Of a stretch of 64,000 nucleotides of DNA, positions 18,348-25,615 are shown piece after piece; the stretch's first letter is position 1, and each line of letters starts with the position of its first letter. The stretch lies in the NCBI GenBank assembly GCA_964523645.1, contig CAZGAW010000009.1, positions 123 through 64,122 on the forward strand, read 5' to 3'. Made by a program: the position numbers and the translations under genes. A model generated the notes under the pieces. The model was not told the origin of the DNA and did not search any database. It worked only from the letters and a program-made list of their open reading frames with translations. The DNA is from an uncultured bacterium. GTDB taxonomy: Bacteria; Poribacteria; WGA-4E; WGA-3G.

Positions 18348-19190
18348 ATGCTTTTGGCAAAACGCTATCTGAATTATACATTCACTGCAATTATTGTCAC
18401 TGCACTCAGCTTGGCGATGATAACCGTAAGCCGTGCGGCATTTGACGAAGGAGACATTGCAGGGATGTGGACCTTTGAAGAAGGTAAAGGTAAAGAGGTA
18501 AAGGATCTTTCCGGTAACGACACCCACGGCGAATTTGTCGGCGACCTGAAATGGGTGGAAGGCAAATTCGGCGGCGGATTAGAGTTTAACGGGAATGACA
18601 CTTGGGTCAAACTCGGCACTAAAGGCGAAGATAAAACGTTAGCCGCCTTGGACTTTAAGGAATCTAAAGGTTTTTCAATCCACTCTTGGGTTTACGCAGC
18701 AGAGGACCCAACCGGTAAATGTGTGATATGGAAAGGACTCGGGTGCTCAACTTGGTCTCAGTTTTTACTTGGCACAGGTGCACACGAAAACGGCGAAAAC
18801 AGCACACAGGCAGCGTTTCACATCCGCATTGCCAACGGCGGCGCGAAACTTGAAGTCCTCGGCGATAAACTTCAAGGTAGAGAGTGGATCCACCTTGTAG
18901 GCACATGGGACGGCTCCCAACTTCATGTCTATGTTAACGGCAAACTACAGAACTCCGAAGATGCGAAGGGCCCGCCGTGGGCATCTCCCGAAGAGGTTTA
19001 CATCGGCGCAGATCCAGGTTGCGGCAAACGTTGTCAGTGGAACGGTATCATCGATGAAGTCGTTGTCTTCGACACGGTGCTTTCCGATGATGATGTCGTA
19101 AAACTCGGTGAAGGCATTGAAGGCGCGTTAGCTGTTGATGCTGCCGGGAAAATAGCGACCACTTGGGGCTCGCTTAAGTCTTCTCAATAG
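18348..19190 (+). CDS. Secreted LamG domain protein with conserved C-terminal tail
   Basis: The track ORF starts at 18249 inside the MITE. The ATG at 18348 follows AAGAGGAG and is followed by a signal peptide. LamG_3 pattern: WTFEEGKG..VKDLSGN...GKFGGGLEFNG...IDEVVVFD. The tail is LAVDAAGKIATTWGSLKSSQ. Confidence 0.75.
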   Translation: MLLAKRYLNYTFTAIIVTALSLAMITVSRAAFDEGDIAGMWTFEEGKGKEVKDLSGNDTHGEFVGDLKWVEGKFGGGLEFNGNDTWVKLGTKGEDKTLAALDFKESKGFSIHSWVYAAEDPTGKCVIWKGLGCSTWSQFLLGTGAHENGENSTQAAFHIRIANGGAKLEVLGDKLQGREWIHLVGTWDGSQLHVYVNGKLQNSEDAKGPPWASPEEVYIGADPGCGKRCQWNGIIDEVVVFDTVLSDDDVVKLGEGIEGALAVDAAGKIATTWGSLKSSQ

Positions 19191-19230
19191 ATGTGCATCA
19201 AAACACACGCTATACATAGCATATTGAAAA

Positions 19231-19263
19231 GGAGATTTCCACCGAACTCAGGTGGACATCTCC
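19231..19263 (+). other. Intergenic hairpin (GGAGATtTCCACC-gaactca-GGTGGAcATCTCC), possible terminator/attenuator
   Basis: 13-bp stem with one mismatch, read directly. There is no strong T tract, so a terminator role is uncertain. Confidence 0.3.
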
Positions 19264-19282
19264 TTCATTACCTCTACTTAAA

Positions 19283-19993
19283 ATGAAAACCCTAAAACTG
19301 TGTGCTGTCAGTTTCTGTATTATCTCGCTGTTGTTTGGAAACGCAATGGCAGAAACGCTGTATTTTGATGATTTTGAGGGAAATTCTGAACTCAAATGGC
19401 CCGATGTACCAGCGATAAAAATTGAAAAAGACCCAAGCAATCCCGATAATACCGTTCTCATCTTTGACACAAAGAACGATCAGACCCATGCCGATGCCCT
19501 TTTCCTTGAAGGATTCGAGGATTTAACGGATTACACAATGCGGGCAAAATTCAACATTGTTGGTGAAACAGCGGAATTTGCCGCAATCGGTTTGATTGTG
19601 CGGGCGCAGTCAGTGACCGAATATATGCTCGTTGAACCGGCAAGAAAACGGTTGTGTTGTGGTGATCCAAGAGAAAATATTCTCAACGTCTTTGAGCGGG
19701 GTGCCGCCGGCTGGCCCATCGTCGCCAAAGCAGACATCGATATCGAACTCGACGAATGGTATGAACTGTCAGTCACTGTAGAAAACACGAAACTAACCGT
19801 CTCGCTCGATGGTAAACAGATTGCCGAATACGGTAAAGTTCCTTATCCAAAAGGTGGATTCGGTATCCGCGAGTGGAAATCTGAAACCCTCATTGACGAC
19901 GTAGAGGTATTCGATAAAGGCGGTTCAAGCCTCGCCGTCGAATCACGCAACAAACTTACCGTCACATGGGGAATGCTGAAAGCGGGACAGTAG
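19283..19993 (+). CDS. Secreted ConA-like jelly-roll protein (DUF1080/LamG-like) with conserved C-terminal tail
   Basis: Signal peptide, then LYFDDFEG...YTMRAKF...GLIVRAQ...GGFGIREW...IDDVEVFD. The tail is LAVESRNKLTVTWGMLKAGQ. Confidence 0.6.
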   Translation: MKTLKLCAVSFCIISLLFGNAMAETLYFDDFEGNSELKWPDVPAIKIEKDPSNPDNTVLIFDTKNDQTHADALFLEGFEDLTDYTMRAKFNIVGETAEFAAIGLIVRAQSVTEYMLVEPARKRLCCGDPRENILNVFERGAAGWPIVAKADIDIELDEWYELSVTVENTKLTVSLDGKQIAEYGKVPYPKGGFGIREWKSETLIDDVEVFDKGGSSLAVESRNKLTVTWGMLKAGQ

Positions 19994-20014
19994 ATTCCCG
20001 TAACCCATTAAGAA

Positions 20015-20168
20015 AACCTAAGTTGCCACTTGTAGCACAAACTTTCCAGTTTGTGCCTGTAAATGCGCAAACTAAAAGTTTACGGTACGAGATCTTTGCG
20101 GCTCCTGAACGCTTTTCACCGAAAAACAGGGCTGCCTACGCGAAATCTTATAAGTAGCAACTTGCGTT
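20015..20168. mobile_element. MITE-like element, diverged copy C (154 bp)
   Basis: Imperfect inverted termini AACCTAAGTTGCCACTT and AAGTAGCAACTTGCGTT (14/17). It carries the same hairpin as copies A and B, GCACAAACT-ttcc-AGTTTGTGC, at 20035..20056. Confidence 0.55.
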
Positions 20169-20203
20169 AAGAAACCAGAAACAGCGTAAAGGATGCAAAA
20201 TAC

Positions 20204-20992
20204 ATGGACTTAGGATTGAGTGGAAAACGTGCAATTGTTACCGGCGGTAGCCGAGGTATCGGTAGGCAGTGCGCGCTTGCACTCGCACGAGAAGGTGCGC
20301 ATGTCTGCATTGCTGCCCGAACACAAGACACACTCAATCAAGTCCTTTCGGAACTTGAACAAACCGGAGCCAAAGGACACGCCGTTGCAGTCAATCTAAA
20401 TGTCCAAGCGAATTGTGAAAAGGTGGTACAGGAGACCGTTGACCACTTCGGTGGTGTCGACATCCTCGTCAACAATGTCGGGGCGGCCCGGAATGCCGAT
20501 ATTTTAGAGTTGTCGCCAGAATTCATTACGGACGCGCTCGGTTTGAAAACCTATAGTTACCTCCGAATGTCGCAACTGGTTATCCCGTATATGCGGGAGA
20601 ATCAGTGGGGACGAATCATTAATATCGCAGGTTCAGCCGGCACAAGCCCCACCCGTGGCAACATACCAACAGGGGCTGCTAATATTACGATTCTTAACAT
20701 TACACGAGCACTCTCCGACGCTGTCGCAAATGATGGAATTTTGGTAAACACCGTATGCCCTGGATTGACGAACACCGGTCGAGCGCGCACACAACAAGGT
20801 GCGAGAGCCAAACGGGAAGGACGCGATGTCGAAACGTTGCTGCGAGAACTTGGACAGGAACTCCCAGCAGGTCGTATCGCGGAGCCGGAAGAGGTCGCGA
20901 ATGTGGTAACATTCTTAGCCTCTGAAGCTTGCTCCTATATGTTTGGGAGTGCAATCTATATGGATGGCGGCAAAAGACGCGCAACGCCATAA
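20204..20992 (+). CDS. SDR family oxidoreductase
   Basis: 262 aa with TGGSRGIG (cofactor motif), NNVG, and S...Y...K-type spacing. Confidence 0.75.
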   Translation: MDLGLSGKRAIVTGGSRGIGRQCALALAREGAHVCIAARTQDTLNQVLSELEQTGAKGHAVAVNLNVQANCEKVVQETVDHFGGVDILVNNVGAARNADILELSPEFITDALGLKTYSYLRMSQLVIPYMRENQWGRIINIAGSAGTSPTRGNIPTGAANITILNITRALSDAVANDGILVNTVCPGLTNTGRARTQQGARAKREGRDVETLLRELGQELPAGRIAEPEEVANVVTFLASEACSYMFGSAIYMDGGKRRATP

Positions 20993-21037
20993 GAGCCGTA
21001 AGTTCGTAAGGACGAGATCCCCTTAAGCCATATTAAG

Positions 21038-21186
21038 TTAACCTAAGTTGCCACCTTATAGAAAATAAACAAGAATTGTTGGGACAGGACTTAACAGAAC
21101 ACCAGAATTAGGGAAAATTCTTTGTGTTTTCAATCAAAAAGGGTGTATGTCTGTCTAAAACGTTGTAAGTCGAAACTTGGGTTAAG
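21038..21186. mobile_element. MITE-like element, diverged copy D (about 149 bp, no central hairpin)
   Basis: The left arm TTAACCTAAGTTGCCACCTTA is nearly identical to the left arm of copy C. The right arm GTAAGTCGAAACTTGGGTTAAG is its imperfect complement (about 15/21). Confidence 0.4.
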
Positions 21187-21226
21187 TTAAATCAAAAAAG
21201 AACTGATTTAAAGGAGGATTATTCCA

Positions 21227-22000
21227 ATGACGATTGCTAAGACTCTATCAACCCACAAATATCTCATCTTCTCGCTGGTGTCCGCTGCGCTTTTGGTCTG
21301 CGCTCCGATCGGCTTCAGCGAGGTTTTATACCTCGACGATTTTGAAGATGGGAAAATTGACGGCGATTATGAATTCAAGAACCATGACGGCGATTGGGTA
21401 GAAAAGGGGGGTGTTATCAGTCAAACCCACGAAGCACCCGGTGATCACACCTATCTCGTTCTTGATGGCGGGTTTCCAGAGCCCCATACAGGCTTAGTGA
21501 TGATTCGCGTCGATGACTGGGGAGACGGTGACCTTGCACGGTGCGGACTCGGATTTCGTCTCGATCCAGGCGATGCATCCGGCTACGCCTTCCTGATCCA
21601 CCATTTCCTCAACAACATGGAGTTCCTCAACGACCATCGCGCTTGGAAACAGAACGATACCGAACCCCCTTTCGGAGAGGTAGAACTCGGTACCTGGTAC
21701 TGGATGAAAGCCGAAATATCCGACGATGGGTTTACCGGCAAAATCTGGGAAGATGGTAAAGATGAACCCAAAGACTGGCTTCTTGAAAGTAAACTCGACT
21801 TCGGGGGGCCCAGACCTGAGAGCGGACAAGTCGGACTTAACGGCGGTTCCAGTCGGGGCGCGCCTGCGCTAACCATTGTCTCATTTGACAATTGGGCTAT
21901 CTGTGAAACGGCTGATGAGTGCACACCCGATGAAATCCTTGCTGTTCAGGCAACTGACAAACTTCCAAGTGTTTGGGGCGCACTCAAAGCACGCTACTAA
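21227..22000 (+). CDS. Secreted ConA-like jelly-roll protein with conserved C-terminal tail
   Basis: AAAGGAGG RBS and a signal peptide, then LYLDDFEDG...GLGFRLD...GYAFLIHH...GTWYWMKAE...GQVGLNG. The tail is LAVQATDKLPSVWGALKARY. Confidence 0.6.
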   Translation: MTIAKTLSTHKYLIFSLVSAALLVCAPIGFSEVLYLDDFEDGKIDGDYEFKNHDGDWVEKGGVISQTHEAPGDHTYLVLDGGFPEPHTGLVMIRVDDWGDGDLARCGLGFRLDPGDASGYAFLIHHFLNNMEFLNDHRAWKQNDTEPPFGEVELGTWYWMKAEISDDGFTGKIWEDGKDEPKDWLLESKLDFGGPRPESGQVGLNGGSSRGAPALTIVSFDNWAICETADECTPDEILAVQATDKLPSVWGALKARY

Positions 22001-22047
22001 ACAACCCCTCCTAACAAGCGATGGGGTTGATTATGAATGACAGCAAT

Positions 22048-22185
22048 GGGCGCGCTTATAGTAAAGTTGAAAAATAAGTTTACATTTCAGCAATGGCAGC
22101 CGCATCTATCACTGCTGGCGAGGTTTCTAACCTCGCCAATCTTTGAGTGTATAATTAATTGTGGACTTTACTATAAAAGCGCGCC
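22048..22185. mobile_element. Inverted-repeat element enclosing a REP-like hairpin (138 bp)
   Basis: The arms GGGCGCGCTTATAGTAAAGT (22048..22067) and ACTTTACTATAAAAGCGCGCC (22165..22185) are near-perfect complements. The CTGGCGAGGTT-tct-AACCTCGCC hairpin sits inside at 22115..22137. Confidence 0.55.
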
Positions 22186-22234
22186 TATCCACAAGTTGTA
22201 ATACGTGGATCAATATCCACATAAATATTAATGT

Positions 22235-22402
22235 ATGGGAACAATTTTACTCGTCATTTTCGGGATCATCGTTTTTGTTGTAGGGATCCTGATTATCTTC
22301 CAAATTTTGCAAGCAATTTTCGCCTTCCTATTCTCCGTTGCCTTGTTCATTGTCGTCGTTGGCGGCGCGTTCCTGATTCTCAGGAAAATTTTCAGAGAAT
22401 AG
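22235..22402 (+). CDS. Candidate small (55 aa) two-helix membrane protein, absent from the ORF track
   Basis: Manual translation gives MGTILLVIFGIIVFVVGILIIFQILQAIFAFLFSVALFIVVVGGAFLILRKIFRE. That is two hydrophobic helices and a basic C-terminus. No clear SD. It competes with the implausible Arg/Cys-rich track ORF 22231..22419. Confidence 0.35.
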   Translation: MGTILLVIFGIIVFVVGILIIFQILQAIFAFLFSVALFIVVVGGAFLILRKIFRE

Positions 22403-22469
22403 AAGGTACCAACATGTAAGACTTGGTTGGCACGTTTCCCATATACAAAAAATTAAAGGAAATTCTCTC

Positions 22470-23264
22470 ATGCTGCGAAAAGCTAATTTTGTGCTACTAA
22501 TTCTCGCCATAAGTTTAATCACAACCAATCTTCCTGCTCAAATCGTCGAAGATGGACTGGTTAGTTACTGGAGTTTCGATGCTAACAATGTTGACGGCAA
22601 AACCGTTAAGGACGGCACCGGCAATTACAACGGTACTATCAACGGCAATCTTAAAAAAGTGGCGGGCAAAATCGGTGATGCCTTGGAATTTGATGGAGAC
22701 GAGACAAACTTCGTCGAAATCGATAGTCCCGAAGATTTTGACTTCAACGCCGATTTCACCTGGTCGGCGTGGATTAAAACCGACTCTTCCGGTCCAGGCG
22801 TAATCTTCGCGAAAACGGGTGGTCCAGGGACTGATGATAAAGGCCCCAAAACTTTGTGGGTTCGCAACAGCGTCCTTAACCTCGACACCGGCTGGGTAGG
22901 CAATGTCGAAGATGCGGGCAACAACATTGACGACAATAAATGGCACCACATTGCTGTCGCAGGTACGCCAGAAGATAGTAAGGTCCAATTTTTCGTTGAT
23001 GGCGAAGCAACGGCTGAGGGCGTGCTGAATCTTGCCCAATTCCCTGAAGATGATTGGGCAAGTATCCACATGTTTATCGGTTTAGATGGTAGAGCCGACG
23101 GCGAATTCGGTGTTTTCACCGGTATCATCGACGAGTTTAGCCTCTACGATCGAGTGCTTGACGAAGCCGAAGTCGATCAGAACTTCAAGTCTGACACGGG
23201 ACTCGCCGTTGAGCCTAACGGCAAACTCGCAGTGACATGGGGTCAGATCAAAGCACATCGATAA
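22470..23264 (+). CDS. Secreted LamG domain protein with conserved C-terminal tail
   Basis: Signal peptide, then the LamG_3 pattern YWSFDANN.DGKTVKDGTGN...GKIGDALEFDG...WHHIAV...FFVDGE...IDEFSLYD. The tail is LAVEPNGKLAVTWGQIKAHR. Confidence 0.75.
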   Translation: MLRKANFVLLILAISLITTNLPAQIVEDGLVSYWSFDANNVDGKTVKDGTGNYNGTINGNLKKVAGKIGDALEFDGDETNFVEIDSPEDFDFNADFTWSAWIKTDSSGPGVIFAKTGGPGTDDKGPKTLWVRNSVLNLDTGWVGNVEDAGNNIDDNKWHHIAVAGTPEDSKVQFFVDGEATAEGVLNLAQFPEDDWASIHMFIGLDGRADGEFGVFTGIIDEFSLYDRVLDEAEVDQNFKSDTGLAVEPNGKLAVTWGQIKAHR

Positions 23265-23325
23265 GACGCTACATATTTCGTAGGCACGCCTTCAAACGTG
23301 CCTACACAACACCACAGGCAATAAA

Positions 23326-24699
23326 ATGAAGGTCAAGAACCGAACCATTTTTGAAGGCGACAATCTGCATGTGCTTCGCGGTCTTGACCCTGATACCATT
23401 GATTTAATCTATCTGGACCCACCTTTCAACTCCAACCGCACCTTTGAGGCACAGATAGAGAGTGAAGCAGCCGGTGCAGCATTCAAAGATTCCTGGACAC
23501 CAAATGATTTAGATACCACGTGGCACGGCGAACTATCAGAGAAAACACCCGAGCTTTATCATGCCATCAGTACCGCTGAGTTCAGTCATGGGAAGTCCAT
23601 GAAAGCCTATCTCATCATGATAGCTATCCGGATGCTGGAGATGTATCGCATCCTGAAACCGACGGGTACCATCTACCTCCACTGCGATGATAACGCAAGC
23701 CACTACCTCAAAATGATGATGGATGGCATTTTCGGGAAAGATAATTTTAGGAATGAGATTGTTTGGCAAAGGGCTGTAACGAACAAAGGAAATCTCAAAA
23801 AAGGACTGGCACGAGATTCCGATCTCATCTTTCGGTATTCAAAAAGCAACGATTTCGTATGGCATCCTGATGCCGTCACGATTCCCTACGATATGGCGGA
23901 TCTCGACGAAAAGACCAAACGTCAATATTATTACGTTGAACCCGGCACTCGACGTCTCGTTTCGCATACCTCTATAACTGCTCAGACTCAGGACCCCGAT
24001 TCTCATCTCACTTATGAGGTAATGGGTGTCACCAGAACATGGCGATGGGCGAAATCTCGGATGTTGAAGGAGATTGAAGCCGGACGCGTTGTGCAAACAA
24101 ACCCCGGCAACGTTCCGCGATATAAACGGTATCTCGACGAGCAGAAAGGCAAAACACTGAACAACATCTGGTTGGATATTCCCAACTTAACCGCTCGCAA
24201 TAAAGAACGCATTGGGTACCCCACACAGAAGCCGATTGCCTTATTAGAGCGAATTATTCAAGCGAGCAGCAATTGGGGGGATGTGGTGCTTGACCCTTTC
24301 TGTGGGTGTGCCACTACATGCGTCGCGGCGGAACGCCTACAACGTCAATGGATCGGTATTGATTTAAGCCCTAAATCTTTCAAATTGGCAAAGCTGCGTC
24401 TTGAACAGCACGGTATCACCAAGACGGTTATCCATCGAAAGCCGAATCCTAAACTTTACCAGCAGCATCGAACCCATAAATATACGCTATTTGGACTGCA
24501 GGAAGGCAGATGCAATGGTTGTCAAATGTTAGCACCATTTCGTAAGATGACCGTCGATTACATTGTCGCGAAAGCCCAAGGTGGGACTGATACGCCTGAT
24601 AATCGGCAGTTGTTGTGTGGTGCGTGTAAATTGCTGAAAGAAAACGGTACACACGAACAACTGATTCAGACATTAAAAAACGGAGGAATTCTGGAATGA
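23326..24699 (+). CDS. Beta-class N6/N4 DNA methyltransferase fused to a C-terminal HNH-like domain
   Basis: 457 aa. Motif IV DPPFNS is near the N-terminus and motif I VLDPFCGCATT is near aa 320 (PF01555-type order). The C-terminal 64 aa read CNGC...VDYIVAKAQGG...DNRQLLCGAC, an HNH zinc-finger architecture with Tyr where the catalytic His is expected. Confidence 0.75.
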   Translation: MKVKNRTIFEGDNLHVLRGLDPDTIDLIYLDPPFNSNRTFEAQIESEAAGAAFKDSWTPNDLDTTWHGELSEKTPELYHAISTAEFSHGKSMKAYLIMIAIRMLEMYRILKPTGTIYLHCDDNASHYLKMMMDGIFGKDNFRNEIVWQRAVTNKGNLKKGLARDSDLIFRYSKSNDFVWHPDAVTIPYDMADLDEKTKRQYYYVEPGTRRLVSHTSITAQTQDPDSHLTYEVMGVTRTWRWAKSRMLKEIEAGRVVQTNPGNVPRYKRYLDEQKGKTLNNIWLDIPNLTARNKERIGYPTQKPIALLERIIQASSNWGDVVLDPFCGCATTCVAAERLQRQWIGIDLSPKSFKLAKLRLEQHGITKTVIHRKPNPKLYQQHRTHKYTLFGLQEGRCNGCQMLAPFRKMTVDYIVAKAQGGTDTPDNRQLLCGACKLLKENGTHEQLIQTLKNGGILE

Positions 24700-25478
24700 A
24701 AAAGTTTATGAAGTCTCTTAAGGTCACAGCCAAAATGATAACAGGAGTTGTCCTGATATCCTTTGTAACACACCCAACCGCGCTTGCGAAGCGCGATAAA
24801 CAGTACGTTGCCAAACAGATTACGAACCTCAAGATAGACGGCGATCTCAGCGAATGGAAACGCGCCGAAATCGTCGCCTTTGACGAATTGAAAGACGTGG
24901 GTGATGGAGAGCCGAAAGCCAGCGACTTTACCGGACAAGGTCGAGTGGCATGGACTGCCAAAGACCCAACCCGTATCTATTTTGCCGTTGAAATCACAGA
25001 CGATAAACTCCAAGATATTAACCCGCCTGATGCCAGATGGTGGGAAGATGACAGCGTTGAATTCATGTTCGATTTCGCCAACGGCATGGTCCGAGATACC
25101 CTCGTTCAGTGGACACTGGGTGCCAACGGCAAAGACTTATCCGCCGCTGCATCCAAGGAAAACACAGAATGGGTGCTGATTAAGAACGGCAATGACTACA
25201 TTTACGAAGTCGCTATCGATCCTACAAAACCGCGGGGCAACCCTCAGTTCGCGAATCCCGGAGAAGGGGACAAGTTCAAAGCAGAAGATGGACTCCTTAT
25301 CGGACTGAGTTTCCACGCCAACGATTGTGAAGGCGGGGGCCGCCAACATCAGATTGGATGGATGCCAGGCGGTGCCTGGGATGGTCTCTCTTACGGAGAC
25401 CTTATTTTTGACGATGAGATATTAGCCGTAGAACCTTCAGGCAAACTTGCTTTGACATGGGGCACCTTGAAAAAGTAA
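24696..25478 (+). CDS. Secreted CBM9/DOMON-like carbohydrate-binding protein with conserved C-terminal tail
   Basis: The ATG overlaps the MTase stop (ATGA), and GGAGGA lies 8 nt upstream. Signal peptide, then IDGDLSEWKRAE...RIYFAVEITDD...WWEDDSVEFMFD. The tail is LAVEPSGKLALTWGTLKK. Confidence 0.65.
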   Translation: MKKFMKSLKVTAKMITGVVLISFVTHPTALAKRDKQYVAKQITNLKIDGDLSEWKRAEIVAFDELKDVGDGEPKASDFTGQGRVAWTAKDPTRIYFAVEITDDKLQDINPPDARWWEDDSVEFMFDFANGMVRDTLVQWTLGANGKDLSAAASKENTEWVLIKNGNDYIYEVAIDPTKPRGNPQFANPGEGDKFKAEDGLLIGLSFHANDCEGGGRQHQIGWMPGGAWDGLSYGDLIFDDEILAVEPSGKLALTWGTLKK

Positions 25479-25584
25479 AGAAGTTGTCAACTGTCAGCAA
25501 TTGGCATCAGTAGTTGAAGACCGGCAAGGTCAACCGAACCTGTTAGCAGCCTTCGTTTAACGATGGACTTTGATAGTTATCTTT

Positions 25585-25615
25585 GCCGACTGCTGAATGC
25601 CGAAAGCCGACCGCC
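25585..25615. repeat. Heptad array (GCCGACT GCTGAAT GCCGAAA GCCGACC)
   Basis: Read directly. It overlaps the first candidate ATG of the 651-aa membrane protein. Confidence 0.65.

Noticed and set aside
22231-22419. 62-aa track ORF (MYGNNFTRHFRDHRFCCRD...).
   Set aside because: It has an implausible Arg/Cys-rich composition. The overlapping frame from 22235 gives a coherent two-helix membrane peptide, which is reported instead at low confidence.
22515-23128. Long antisense ORFs inside real genes. Examples are 22515..23069 and 22625..23128 opposite the LamG gene, 11879..12448, 15989..16462, 17574..18086, 47967..48491, 52248..52865, 60530..61027 and 36725..37270.
   Set aside because: They overlap much longer ORFs that carry recognisable family motifs. 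Their translations are low-complexity or Arg/Ser/Pro-rich with no motifs. They are typical shadow ORFs of moderately GC-rich coding DNA.
17415-25478. Diversity-generating retroelement (DGR) targeting the lectin-like paralogs.
   Set aside because: There is no reverse transcriptase and no template/variable repeat pair. The shared C-terminal segment is conserved rather than adenine-specifically variable.
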